Positions 28,398 through 41,968 of a DNA stretch of 64,000 nt are shown here, piece after piece. Origin of the DNA: Octopus vulgaris (taxonomy: Eukaryota); NCBI GenBank assembly GCA_951406725.2, contig OX597826.1, positions 62,434,001-62,498,000 of the forward strand, in the 5' to 3' direction. A program made the translations under genes and the position numbers. Position 1 is the stretch's first letter. Each line of letters opens with the position of its first letter. The notes beneath the pieces were generated by a model. That model saw nothing but the letters and a program-made list of their open reading frames with translations, had not been told where the DNA came from and made no database searches.

Positions 28398-28460
<63 letters not shown>

Positions 28461-28559
28461 GTTCAGGTCACTGCCTGGAATCGAACTCTGCTATATGCCC
28501 GTGGCCAATTATGGAGTGAATATTAGGGCTTATAAATCTAACATTTCCTTATCCTTCCT

Positions 28560-28732
28560 TTATACTGGTTCCAATATACTATTCATATCTGCACTCTGTC
28601 TGCTTAGCATATGTGCTGCTTCTTTTGCTTTTTGGTATTTTCCAGTGGTGCTCTCTGCCTATTATTTTAACTTCATCTATTTTTCTGTACATGATCAGCT
28701 ATACACGATTTATCAATATCTCTTCGTGTCAC
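28560..28732 (-). mobile_element. Penelope-like element GIY-YIG endonuclease C-terminal remnant
   Basis: Across two frameshifts: VTRRDIDKSCIADHV / DEVKIIGREHHWKI / KEAAHMLSRQSADMNSILEPV*, matching the S..A.H...VKI...E..W..R..KEA.H pattern of PLE GIY-YIG domains. A VYEV (GIY-like) stretch lies just upstream. Confidence 0.7.
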
Positions 28733-28846
28733 ATTCAAACATGTAATATAGGTTGTACTTCGTATACAGGAATCCGGATGGTTTTTTTGGTGCGTTTTTT
28801 AAGGATGTATATCATTATATGGTAATATCTAGAAGTAAGTAAACGG

Positions 28847-28891
<45 letters not shown>

Positions 28892-28998
28892 ATCAAAACA
28901 GTTTGATTCAAATTTGTTGGTACTTTGAGTTTCAAGCGTGATGCTAGTAGTCAGCCATTATGAAAGTGAGTGCCCTTCTTTCGTTTGTCCATTCACTC

Positions 28999-29030
<32 letters not shown>

Positions 29031-29040
29031 GCATACATAC

Positions 29041-29099
<59 letters not shown>

Positions 29100-29490
29100 A
29101 AAACCAATATACTAGATATACTGAAGGTGTTTTAGATTTTAGTGATGTAAACAAATATACTGCTAAACTTAAAAAAACTTTAAACTAAATTAGAAATTCT
29201 GGTTCATATTGAACAAAAAATAAATGAACATCACTCCAAGATTTGACAGAGGAAGTATAAGCCAAAAATGGATTTAAGTTAATAGGTTAAAAATAGGAAA
29301 AAGAAGTATCTAAGCATCAAAAGCCGATTCCGGCCTCAAAAATACAAGAAAAATAAAGTTGTATAAATATATTCCAACAAGGGAAGAGTGTGCCGGTAGA
29401 ATACCGAGAGGTTCGCCATATACTTAGCCATAAGACCACATCTGAAAGGAGAATGTGACATAAAGATGTTCCAAAAATGGTATACTAAAA

Positions 29491-29710
29491 GAAACGTTAG
29501 CACACCGGGCGAAATGCATAGCCGTATTTCGTCTGCCGTTACGTTGTGAGTTCAAATTCCGCCGAGGTCGACTTTACCTTTCATCCTTTCGGGGTCGATA
29601 AATTAAGTACCAGTTACGAATTGGGGTCGATGCAATCGACTTAATACCTATGTCTGTCCTTGTTTGTCCTCTCTGTGTCTAGCCCCTTGTGGGTAATAAA
29701 GAAATGGGTA
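29491..29710 (+). mobile_element. SINE family A (tRNA-derived), well-preserved copy
   Basis: gaaacgttagcacaccgggcgaaatg..., B box GAGTTCAAATTCC, gccgaggtcgactttacctttcatcctttcggggtcgataaattaagtaccag, tail agccccttgtgggtaataaagaaatgg. Additional decayed copies near 3595-3690, 14800-14925, 23712-23870, 46596-46760, 47666-47810, 56329-56450, 58435-58800, 59860-59972 and 60513-60706. Confidence 0.85.
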
Positions 29711-30643
29711 TAATAAAAGAAACCAAAGTCATCTTGGATATACAATGTAGTATCGGTTATATTGATGCCTGTATCTGATAGATCCTATCTTTTTTCTTAC
29801 CCGCAGGGAAGAAAGACTGAGTTAACTGCAATAGGATTGAACGCAGATCGTAATGATTTAAAATAACACAAGACATTTTACTTCGTGTTCTAATGATTCT
29901 GTTAACATGATTAATCTCTCTCAGGCTTGTAAAATTTGTGAGTGAGAATAGACGCACGTGGCTTTTTAAACACCAAGAAAAATCGAACAAAAAAAAGCAA
30001 CAAACATTATAAGAACTAGTGGTGTAAATAAAAACAAATTGATGAGGGGGTTTAGGACACTAATAGTGGTGATTTATACGAAAGTAATTGTAACAATAGA
30101 TGCCCTGTAAATAAATTTAGTTTTCAAAACATATCTTGTGACCTCCATATAGATTTATAGATATATTTGCCTCAGAGAGAACATTTAATTAAATCATTAA
30201 ATTACATTTACTGGAATAATTCCCTTCAAGAGATTCAATGACATTCTTCTCATCATCAAAGCCAGTGTTTTGAAATAAATTTTAATTTGTATTTTATTGC
30301 AAGTTGTTTGGTTTTCCAGCACTAATTCTACAAATGCGGTGCCACTTCTCTGGTCGATGTCTTTACTGTCTCCCAGCATGCTTACATTCCATCAAGTTAA
30401 ACAAAAGCTCGCTTTTTTAGAATCCTAGTGAAACGTTGCACTGTGGGCCAAAACAAGAGACAACCATATACAATAATTGATAATCCGTACTGCGATCGAT
30501 CCAACAGGGTTTGACTTATTGAATTATTGCATCAGACAGCTTTCAAAGGATTTAACTGTTAATAGCTTTTGCTGTTATTAGTAGCACTTTCGCAGGCAGT
30601 AGTATGCACATAGGACTGAATCATGCAAGTCGTAATGGTTCCA

Positions 30644-30761
30644 CAGTCACAGCAGTTAGCCGATAACTAGATATCCACAGAATAGCGTATCTCCATCGCT
30701 GCGCAGTCACAGCGGTTTGCCGATAACTAGATATCTACAGAATGGCGTATCTCCATCGCTG
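30644..30761 (+). repeat. 60-bp tandem duplication (2 copies)
   Basis: cagtcacagc(a/g)gtt(a/t)gccgataactagatatc(c/t)acagaat(a/g)gcgtatctccatcgctg occurs at 30644 and 30704. Confidence 0.95.
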
Positions 30762-31044
30762 GAATGTTTTTCTCCGAAGCACCCAGTTACGGTTGGGTAG
30801 CCGTTCACTCTCCTGAGTTGATCAGCTCTCTTTGACAGGTTTTGCTTATCGTCACGTAGTAGATCTAAAAATTGACTTCCTCCCACCAAAATTGTCGGTG
30901 TTGCTGCTTTACCCGGAGTGCATAGATTGCACTGGTGTACACGATTGCCATATGTAAATTTCTAACATCATCCGATTTCGGGTCTACTTCTAATGTTAAA
31001 CCTGATGGTGCAGCCACAAAATTTGGCTTGTAAACAAATATACT

Positions 31045-31198
31045 GGGCGCTGGAATTTTTAGATCACGTAATCCCGACGTGCTCTGCTTCTTCAGTGGCA
31101 GCCGTCCGGTAGTCACATAGAAAGGAAATAAATCTCACTGTCAGCAATCTAGAATTTTAGTGCCCGTTCAGTCACTGATGTCGGAAATGTCTAATGGA
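31045..31198 (+). repeat. Dispersed ~150-bp direct repeat, copy 2
   Basis: Matches 25656-25808. Confidence 0.9.
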
Positions 31199-31589
31199 CA
31201 TTCGAGAATCTGAAGTGCTCTAAACAATCACGTCTTAACTCGAGTGACTGGCACATTCACAACCCATCATCAGATAAGGGTAGGAGATACAAGAGGTATG
31301 ATACTTTGTATACGTGAGTAACTCACCAACAGTGATAGTTAGTATGGTGATGACCTGAACGCAGATTGAATAAAGCCCGCTTTATATTAAAAAGTTTAAG
31401 TGGGTAACTGCGTACAAAAAGCACGTAATGATCTAAATGAAATAAAAATATTATCCACCAATGTTTACTATTAACATTATATGAAGCAAAGCTATGGGCA
31501 TGTATTCAATATGAGACAGCTAAGGAAAACAAATATAAACATGACCTGAAAAAAACAAGATTAGGAAAAAACCATCACCCTCGTGAAAA

Positions 31590-31646
<57 letters not shown>

Positions 31647-31647
31647 G

Positions 31648-31995
<348 letters not shown>

Positions 31996-32146
31996 GAGTG
32001 AGTGAGAGAGCAGTGCATACCATCAAAGTAACCGTGGGATAAAATATTCGAAGCCCAGTGTACTCATCATGACAACCCGTCTGAAAAGGGTACACCAGAC
32101 ACATACATCACAACTATATGTGCGCGATAGGGTGATAGCATATCAA
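31996..32146 (-). mobile_element. Family C non-coding element, truncated
   Basis: Matches 55805-55955 (gagtgagaga.cagtgcat.ccatcaaagt...acccgtctga.aagggtacac) and abuts (ATT)n. Confidence 0.8.
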
Positions 32147-32793
32147 AATTATCAGACTTAAGAAAAGAGATGTACTGAAATCAGTTCTAGATGAATCAAT
32201 CTGACATTACACTTACGATCATATCAAATTACCGCTCGTTTGATTTTTTTTTCTTTTTGTCTTTCACGGAATACAGATTGAGATTTTCGCAAGAATCGGC
32301 TGCTATTTGTAACTGGTCGAGTAACAACATACTGGACCTCACAATTGTTGGTTCATAACCTAAGATCTCTGATGGAAATAAGATTTGGTAGGTGTCCTTT
32401 AGGATGTGATGCTTAAGAACCCTTTGTTAGGAAAATATATCTTCTTCAACTATTTATCGAACCAAAACGCAAACTTCGTTGTTGCTAAGAACACGTACCA
32501 GCATCCTTCGCAATATTAACAAATACTACATAACCTCGATATAAAAGAAAACTGAATATACAAATATAGGCTGACGCGGTAGTGAATGAAACGTGATGTT
32601 TGCCTGCTTTCATCTCCTTTATCAGCATGAACCTTAAACTGTTGCAACAATAGCAAAATATAGAAGGAAATAAATGGCATTATGGGTAATTATCGACTCA
32701 TTGTCACGTCTACTTTTAACGATCACGTTCAAGATCAAGTGATTGATCTCACCCAATGCATACGAATACAGACGCTACAGTCTCAAACTATAC

Positions 32794-32848
<55 letters not shown>

Positions 32849-33074
32849 GTAAGCACATTGCACTCTCAACTGACATGACTGTACGCAATATTTCTTGTTC
32901 TAAAATTTTTAATTCTCTCATGCACTCTGATACAATCCCGTCTCTCTCTTTCACACTTGCCTTCACTCACTCAAAATATTACTCTGCTTTCCCCTCCTGG
33001 CTCTCTCTCAGTTTCTCTCTGTTCCTATATATTTAACTTCGTATCTATTTGCTTATATGGATGTTGATCAATCA

Positions 33075-33137
<63 letters not shown>

Positions 33138-33159
33138 GATCGATCGATCTATCTATCTG

Positions 33160-33223
<64 letters not shown>

Positions 33224-33340
33224 CCTATCTATCGATCTATTGATCTATCAATCTATTTATCTTTCTATCTATCAATCATTCAATTTAGCTAGCTAGCAAT
33301 ATATATGTCTATCTATGTCTCACTGTCTTCTGTCTCTCTG

Positions 33341-33407
<67 letters not shown>

Positions 33408-33417
33408 CTCTCTCTGA

Positions 33418-33460
<43 letters not shown>

Positions 33461-33709
33461 CCTGTCTAACTATTCATATACGTGTGCCTATGCGTATGTG
33501 TATGTTTACCTACCTCTTCGCTGATATAGATTTTTATCTCTCTATTTACCCATATATGTGTGTGCGTATACATAGGTTTATCGTGCTGTCTATATATTCA
33601 TGTCCAATTTTTTCATGTTTTTCAAGCGACTAAATACTTTAACACGGCGCCTCATCGTAGATGCAATGTAATACGCTATACCTTTAACGGAAGACACTAA
33701 CACACACAC

Positions 33710-33772
<63 letters not shown>

Positions 33773-33801
33773 AGAGCTAGGACATACACGAAAACGAAAA
33801 G

Positions 33802-33846
33802 TGTCGCTGAAGAAGTCACAGATGTGTGACGAAAGATTTCCGGGCA
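33802..33846 (+). ncRNA. Minimal type I hammerhead ribozyme motif, family 2
   Basis: tgtcg-CTGAAGA-a-gtcaca[gatg]tgtgac-GAAA-gatt-TC-cgggca. Helix II is a perfect 6 bp, the core is intact with a UC cleavage site, and helix I needs a one-base bulge. Adjacent to a (TA)n tract. Confidence 0.7.
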
Positions 33847-34363
33847 ATGGACAAGAGTTGAAATGATAAACTAATAACATTAATAATCGAGTGAAGAAAA
33901 ATATATATAGTGCGTGTGTTTATTTGGCAACAAAAAAAAATGAGTGACCATCTCAAAATACAACAATATCTGATTCAACACACGATTTCCCATCAGAAAT
34001 CTTGCAACGCAAATCAATAATCGTTTGAAATATTTTTTAAAACAAAAACAGTTCAAATTATAAAAATTAACAATACAGGTCAATAGTTAGTGCTGTTAGT
34101 GTTATTTCAATATTTACTGAGATATCAGCTATCAACACCTTTTCTCAGTATATTTCCTGAGGAAATATTGGATTACCAACTAATAGCGCTAAACATCGAC
34201 TTGTGATATCTTTTCATATAAACTTCCATTGTTTTGCTTTTAAAAAATATTTACGATACATATATGCACACATCTATATATGTATCAATGTATGCATATA
34301 TATATGAGTGTGTGTGTGTGTGTATGTGCATACGTTTATACATTTTTACTAATGTATACACGC

Positions 34364-34401
<38 letters not shown>

Positions 34402-34621
34402 CTCTGTGTGTCTGTGTATGTAAGTATGTAAGTATACATGCATGTATGTATATGGGTGTCAAAAGGGGAAGTATTTTTAAATAGTTAAAGGCTATAAACG
34501 TTTTTAAATGACAATTTCTGTTCGAAGAAAAATATTAATTTAATAAAATATATAAGAACACAGCCGATATATTACAATATCCCTATCTTATATATAGGAA
34601 AAATTTCATGTTTATAATTCA

Positions 34622-35134
34622 CTAGCAGTATCGCCCGGCGTTGCTCGGGTTTGTAAGGGAAATAACTATATAAGCATTTTTAGAGAGTTACTTCCCTTAT
34701 AGATGCCAATTCGGGCTTTCTTAGCCATTTCTGTTTTGGTGTCTTCAAGCCATGAAGTCGTTGTTCTAAAAGAACGTTGGTCTCCTTGACAACGCTTTAA
34801 GACGTTGATTTCCTTACACTCCCTTCCCCACAGCTTCACGAGGGAGGGAAGAAGGGGGAGAAGCAAACAGGTGCAGGTGTGACCATGGACGCCAACTCCG
34901 CCGCCATCGACACACGAAAAATTATGCATTAAAATGGAATAAAAAATTATGTTAAATTATTTTTAAAATCGTAGACTCATCGTAGACGCGCGCTAATACT
35001 CAGACGGGCTCGATATGAATCACGACTATAAGATACCCGAATTTGGTTAAACTGCACCGCAAAATGTGGGAGTAGTTAGGAATCTAAATCGAAGGGGACA
35101 GACACTCACACAACTACAGTTTTATATATATAGA
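34622..35134 (-). mobile_element. Non-autonomous Helitron
   Basis: Minus strand starts TCTATATATATAAAACTG and ends acaaacccgagcaacgccgggcgatactgCTAG (hairpin plus CTAG); inserted between A and T. Confidence 0.85.
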
Positions 35135-36693
35135 TTATATGAACGAGAATAAAGCACTTTTAGAAAAGGTTTTCATTCATACTGTCAGTATATGAGACTA
35201 AAAATGAGTGCTGAGATATCTTAATATAACAGGATATTGCTAGAGATTTATAAATTATGGTATATCAAAAGAATTTCAAGAGGAATTTAAAATGCTAATA
35301 TATTTCAAATGCGTGGTGTACCCTGGTGTCTTGTCATTGTAAAGTAAACAATCATTTGTAGATAATTCTTGGTAGGATTAGGGATTTGAATTTGAAATCA
35401 AATTCCAAGTAATAAAGTACGTGAATATACATATTTAATGTTTGTTTATTACTCTTTACAAAGGTCTTACAATTATATTTTATAATTTATCATGTAATGC
35501 ACCATTTCATTATTTTTCTTTTTAAATCATCAACATGACGTCACTCGAAGCCAATAAATTAAAGTAAAAACATTTTACTAAGCAAGACATTTTCTTCTAG
35601 ATAGAAAATAATTACAGATAAGAAGAGCTCCGCGAAAATGTGCATTTTTTTCTTTTCTTCTCTTCGTAGATCGTTAAATGTTAAGATATTGAAAGAGAAG
35701 GCAAAAGAAAAAAAAGCGGCTATATAGTTGACAATGGAAGAAGATTGTCTAAGTTTATAACTATCAGGATTCAGTGAAGTTCTAGATCAATCTTCCGAGA
35801 ATATTAAGGATTTATTTACTTGCTATTGTTTACGTGTGAGTTTGCTGAAGAAAGTTATTTTTTTTAGGAGTCATATCTTTAACTTACTTGCCTTTATAAT
35901 CTGTATCAGAAGTTTCGTAACGACATGCGTTAATGCATCCTTATAAGTTTTAGAGAATACATGTTATGCATTAATAACATATATACGTTTAATATTAAAT
36001 TGTTTCTCAACTTGTTTTGCATATATTAATCCCTTGATATTAAAAATCAATCTTAAATTTTTGTTGTTTTCCATTTTATTTTATTTCTTCCTGTGCATTA
36101 GAAATATTAATGTTTCTTACGTTAAAAGTACTACGCAAACAAATCCTCTAATTATTTCCTTTTCTGAATAAAACACATAATAAAACATTATTCAAATCCC
36201 TAATAACTCTCCCCCTACCACCACACACTACAATACGCTCGCGATGTTTCAACAGATCTTATTCACCTTTCCAACGAAGCATAGTGTAGATAGATAGATA
36301 GATATATACATAAATACATACATACATGCATACATACATGCATACATACATACATACATACATACATACATACATACATACATACATACATTCATACATA
36401 CACACATACATTCATAATACTGTAAGTTCTCTCTTATCCGGTGTTTAAATAACCGGAACTCTGAAGCAACCGGCACGCATAAAAAAGGAAAAATGTTTTG
36501 TTGATTATTTGTCAACAAGTCAGAAAGTTTTGTACAGAATCTATAATGTACAATTGCAGTACAAGACACAGTACAGTAGTTTATCATACTACATTTACAG
36601 TACAAGTGTTATATTATGTAAGTAAAACTTGTCCCTGAAACAATTTTTCTACTGGTCTCATTTCTTCTACATTCATAATATTAACGGATAATA

Positions 36694-36880
36694 CAGTAAT
36701 CCCGCGCCATATTGCGATCCACCTATCGCGGTTCACCTATCAAGGTTTATTATTTAAGCTTACGTTGATTCCTCTGTGTTGTTGTTTTGCATATATAATA
36801 AAATAAATATATACAAATTATAAAAATGATTAAAAAGATATACAGTGCGTTACTATTACTACTTCACGAAGTTTCACTGC
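36694..36880 (+). mobile_element. Probable pogo/Tigger-like MITE fragment
   Basis: Begins ta-cagtaatcccgcgccatattgcg...cctatcgcggttcac, a Tigger-type terminus; no matching right end was found. Confidence 0.4.
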
Positions 36881-36889
36881 AAAGTGTAA

Positions 36890-38397
36890 ATGTAAATGTA
36901 TTCTCAGCAAATGGAGCAGGAGTAATAGGAAGAGCTATATCAGAAGAATACGATGATGACCAACAAGGCATAGTGAGGACACTGTGCCGATATATTAGAG
37001 AAGATGAGGATCAAGCACCCACCAACCTGAGGTGTATTGATCGACGTAAGCTCAAAGCTGTACCGAAAAGGTAGATTCAGTTCTTGGGCTATTCCAGACG
37101 AGAAATGTAACTGGAACTAGAAAGAGTATTTGGGTTCCAGCTAGGTTACCTCAGATAGAGTGGAATAGGAAAGGAAAGAACTAACAAAACGTAAAGATCC
37201 ATACTGGCGTAGACGAATTTGTGAGAAACAAACAAATTTAAGAAGACATTTAGCACAAGTTGGTAAATTGAGAAGAGGGAATTTGCAGAACGGAAGCATA
37301 AGAGTAATGCTGGAAAGGGCATATTGAATAAGAAATAAAGGTTAAGATGTGATACTGGAAGAATTGAAACAAAGAGTAGTAGCAATCAAATCAAAACTTG
37401 GAAGATATGACAATAGAAAAAGACAGTTCAGGCAAAACGGATTGTTTGAGTCAAATTAAAAAATAAACTCTTTGAGAACCTAGATGAGCAAATATACGTT
37501 ACAATGACACTAGATGCAGAGGAAAGTAAGGCATTCAGGAATGAATTTTGCTGACTGAGATAGAACAAGATTTAGCTTATGAGCATAGCAGTGAATAAAT
37601 AAAGCTGATGTTGCTTTTTCTCTTGCTTTAAATTCAACGCTATTTAAACTGGAGACCATCACTATTGCCCCATCGTACGTCTGTGATACATGTTTCTCAC
37701 AACAGTCGTATTTATCCAAATTATTAAATATACATTCTGTAGAGCATAATGATGCAGCAGAGAGGCTGCAGGAAATCCAAGATAGGTTAAGAAATATAGA
37801 AGTACAAGAATACATGAAGATAACTACAGAAATTATAAAGAAAGCAGTTAAGAAAATTCCCAAATTGGAAGAGCCCAGGAGCGGACGGGATCCAAGGTTA
37901 TTGGATGAAGAAGCTGAAAGGGCTCCATAAAAGGATAGCACAACTTATAGATGTGTGCTTGCAGTAAGGCGCAGTACCCAGCTTGATGACAAAGGGATAG
38001 ACATTGTTATGTGCCAAAGATCCTGAAAAGGGAAATGTTGCTTTCAACTATAGACCAATAACATACCTTCCGCTAATGTGGAAACTAATGCCAGGTGCTT
38101 TGGCTATTGAACTATACAGCTACTTGGTAAAACGTGGGCTGCTACCCACTGAACTGAAATGGTACCGCAAAAGGAACCAGGGAACGAAGGGTCAGCTCTT
38201 AATTGATAATCTAATTTTCTGGAACTGCATGAGAAAACATACGAACTTGTGCATGGCATGGATTGACTATCCAAAAGCATATGATAAGATACCACACTCC
38301 AGGATAATAAGAATAATAGAAATGTATGGAGTAGCTGAATATATGAGAAGACTTATATAGAATAGCATAAAATGCTGGAGAATAGAATTAACAGAGT
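36890..38397 (+). mobile_element. R4/Dong-like retrotransposon N-terminal and RT fragment (pseudogenised)
   Basis: [92 protein letters not shown] (RT motifs 0-3), with stops and frameshifts. Confidence 0.9.
37536..37735 (-). mobile_element. hAT (ZMYM1/DUF4371-like) transposase internal fragment nested in the RT remnant
   Basis: LDKYDCCEKHVSQTYDGAIVM...ALFIHCYAHKLNLVLSQ contains the hAT YDGA and C..H motifs; no TIRs are visible. Confidence 0.8.
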
Positions 38398-38719
38398 ATT
38401 CAAACACACAAGATATACTAACATACACAGCAACTGAGATAATTCGTTGATGAATTTAGAAATCGAGGTTGGTCTCAAATGAAAAATTTAGTAATAATCA
38501 TGTTAATTAATATAAACATATATTCCTTCGAAATTCGACAGATTGCTTTAGTACAACTCATTTATTGCTTACTGGGAATATGTGTGCGAGTTCCTGAACA
38601 CTTGAACTTTCTAGTCCAAAGATTTATTTATCCAACATCTACACGATACTATTGATAACATTATTTGCTACGAGGTTTACCATTCCTAAAGAAATCAATA
38701 TACAGATAGATAGATAGAC

Positions 38720-38795
<76 letters not shown>

Positions 38796-38875
38796 GGATA
38801 GATTGATAGATTGATAGATAGATAGATAGATATATAGATAGATAGATAGACATACATACAGACAGACAGACAGAC

Positions 38876-39023
<148 letters not shown>

Positions 39024-40197
39024 CATATATGTCATGTAAAAAACGAAGTCTCTCCTATCCGGCATTACTGGGATCCATGTTTTGCCAGACAATTGAGTGT
39101 TTTGATTATCTGATCATCTATTTTATAAATTACTATAATACTGTAACACTTCACAAAACTTATTGAAACTTTCTATGCACTTATTGAAACTTTCTATTAT
39201 TGTTATTCTGAGCATAGTTGAAACGAAAGAAATAGAAAAAAATCATTTAAGCAACAACTATAACAAAAATTATTTAAGGAACAAGTATAACTAATAAGAT
39301 ATATATTGGTTTCGAAATAATAAAATGGATATTTCAGTCAATACGGTTTTCGGATCCCGTCTTTCTTCACTGAATCTAAATTTTGTCTCAAGAGTTTACA
39401 AAGAAATTGCAAATCATAATTTCATTTCTGTTAAGAACAAAGGTTACCAAACATTATTCAAGAAACGTTATGGGGGAAAGGGGGAAGAAAAAACAACTTC
39501 TACGAAATATATAGAGACGCCGATATGAAATTGTTTGCGACATGCATTGCTCCAATAGTCTGAATCGTTGGAGTCATAAATAGTATTTAAAATACTGTTG
39601 GAAAAAATCCATGAAGTTCTAGATTTCTATTAGATTTTTAGCTGCCGTTAACCAGTGTAGACTATATGCCAATTATTTATTGTAGAATCAGCGTTTAGTT
39701 AACTGGAAAAAATTTCCATGAAATTGAATAGAACACAAAATTTGATCTGTTGCATAGAAATTACTAGTAAAATGACGTAAACATGGTAAAGTAGTTCATA
39801 GAATTCTCAGTTAAATTTCGGAGAAAAAAATACAATATAAAATACTTCGTATCGTGAATTTCAAAATCTGCGAAAGAATGTAAGGATGGTAAGAAACGAA
39901 CGAAACCTAAATAACATCACTGAACCTAATAAAGACAGTATTTCTTATACTAGAAACAAGAAAACATACGTAGAAAAATGTTTTTTTCATCAACAAATGG
40001 CACATTGATCTGTTTCATGTTTCAGTTGATAAGTATTACGTGGCTGCGTTAGGTGACCACGTCAACCATTGTATTATCAGTAAGTGAGGTAGGGTGTCGT
40101 CTCGAATCGTAAATATCTTAAACACATGATCGTGTGGTTAGATATTATAAGCTGTAGGTATAGATGCTGTTATCTGACTTTTATTTATCTATCTATT

Positions 40198-40271
<74 letters not shown>

Positions 40272-41174
40272 AATAAATTCGAATATATATATGTATGTAT
40301 ATGCAGGTGTGCTTGTGTGTTTATGTGTTTGCGTGTATGTCCATGGGTGTGTGATCGTGCCTGTATGTCTTAGTTTCCTTTAGTGGGGTACTAATGTATG
40401 CCAGTGTGTTCTTATGAATGTGTTAATGTATGTGCTAGATCTAAGTAAAATCGATGTCTGTATCAATTCGATTAGAAAACATTTAATCTCCATTTTGTTA
40501 TTGGAGTCAATTGTCTGTTTTTAGAATCTACAATCTCCAATTGATAAAATGAAAAGAAAGTAAAACAGAATAGTCTCAAGTAGGAAATTTTCCTGGGGCA
40601 CTGCGTTTCACTGTTGATTTGATTGTTTCACTTCCATATATTCTCTTGCTCTCTCTTTATCCTCTATCAAGCGCTCTTACATTCTCTATTGCTTGCTTTC
40701 TATTTCTGTCTGTCTGTCTTTCCTTCTTTCTCTCTCTCTCCCTCTCTCTCTCTTTTTGAATTCCCCTTTATTCTTTCTTCTATATATGTCTCTTTTTTGT
40801 CGTGTTGTATTTACTCTCCCTCTATTTTACTTTCGTACCTATTTCTTCCTCTCTCTCTCCCTCTGTTTGTCTATCCTTTTTTACTCTCTCTCTCTCTCTC
40901 ACTCTTTCCGTCTTTCCTTTTCTATTTCTCTCAAACCACTCTCAATCATCTCAATCTCTCTCCCCCTCTCTCGCTCTCTCTCTCTCTCTCTCAATCATTC
41001 TAGCTAGATTATTCATGGTTTCACTCTCCTTTTCTCTCGCCTCTTGTTCTTCCCTCTCTCACCATATTCCACTTACTTTATATCCCACTCTCAGCCTCAC
41101 TTCCGATACATCTCACCATCTCCTCACTCTCCACCTCTCTCCCTGTTTATTTGTCTCACCAACTTCTACTTTAA

Positions 41175-41334
<160 letters not shown>

Positions 41335-41414
41335 ATATCTATCTATCTATCTATACATCTGTCTATCTATTTATCTGTCCGCCTGTCTGTCTATCTCCTC
41401 ATCTGTCACTGAAA

Positions 41415-41451
<37 letters not shown>

Positions 41452-41935
41452 CACTTTTACTCTCTCTCTCTCTCTACCTCTCACTCTCTCTGCCTGTCTG
41501 CCAATATCTCTCTTTCTTTCCGTCTGCCCAATACGGTTTGCTATTTCATTCCACTTCCGCTCATCTCCTACATTACATATCATTCATTGGGTTTCTTCGA
41601 TTCTGCCTGCATAGCTTCTCTTTCAAATGTGCTTTCTATCGGTCGTTCTGTATCTGTCTTTTAAATTCTTAAAACTTTATATTACTTTGAGTTCTTCCCG
41701 CCTCTTCCTCTCCTTCTCTCTTTCAGCTGTTCTCTCTCTCCCCAACTCTCTTTCTGACACTTTGCCTTTCTTTCTAGACGTCTGTGAATATCCCTTAGTA
41801 CATACTCATGGAAGCGTTAATTCCACAGTCATACACGCATTCAAATACAAATATATATGCACACATGCATAAATATATATGAGTGTGTATGTGTGTATGT
41901 GTGTGTATCTATCGATATATGCATATAAATATATA

Positions 41936-41968
<33 letters not shown>

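Noticed and set aside
30386-30440. Minus-strand candidate exon with polypyrimidine-CAG acceptor and GTAAGC donor
   Set aside because: Stops occur in all three frames and there is no other support; it could be chance or non-coding.
38004-38360. Intact reverse transcriptase gene
   Set aside because: Only a fragment; surrounding frames have stops and frameshifts, and the catalytic YxDD region is missing at this locus.
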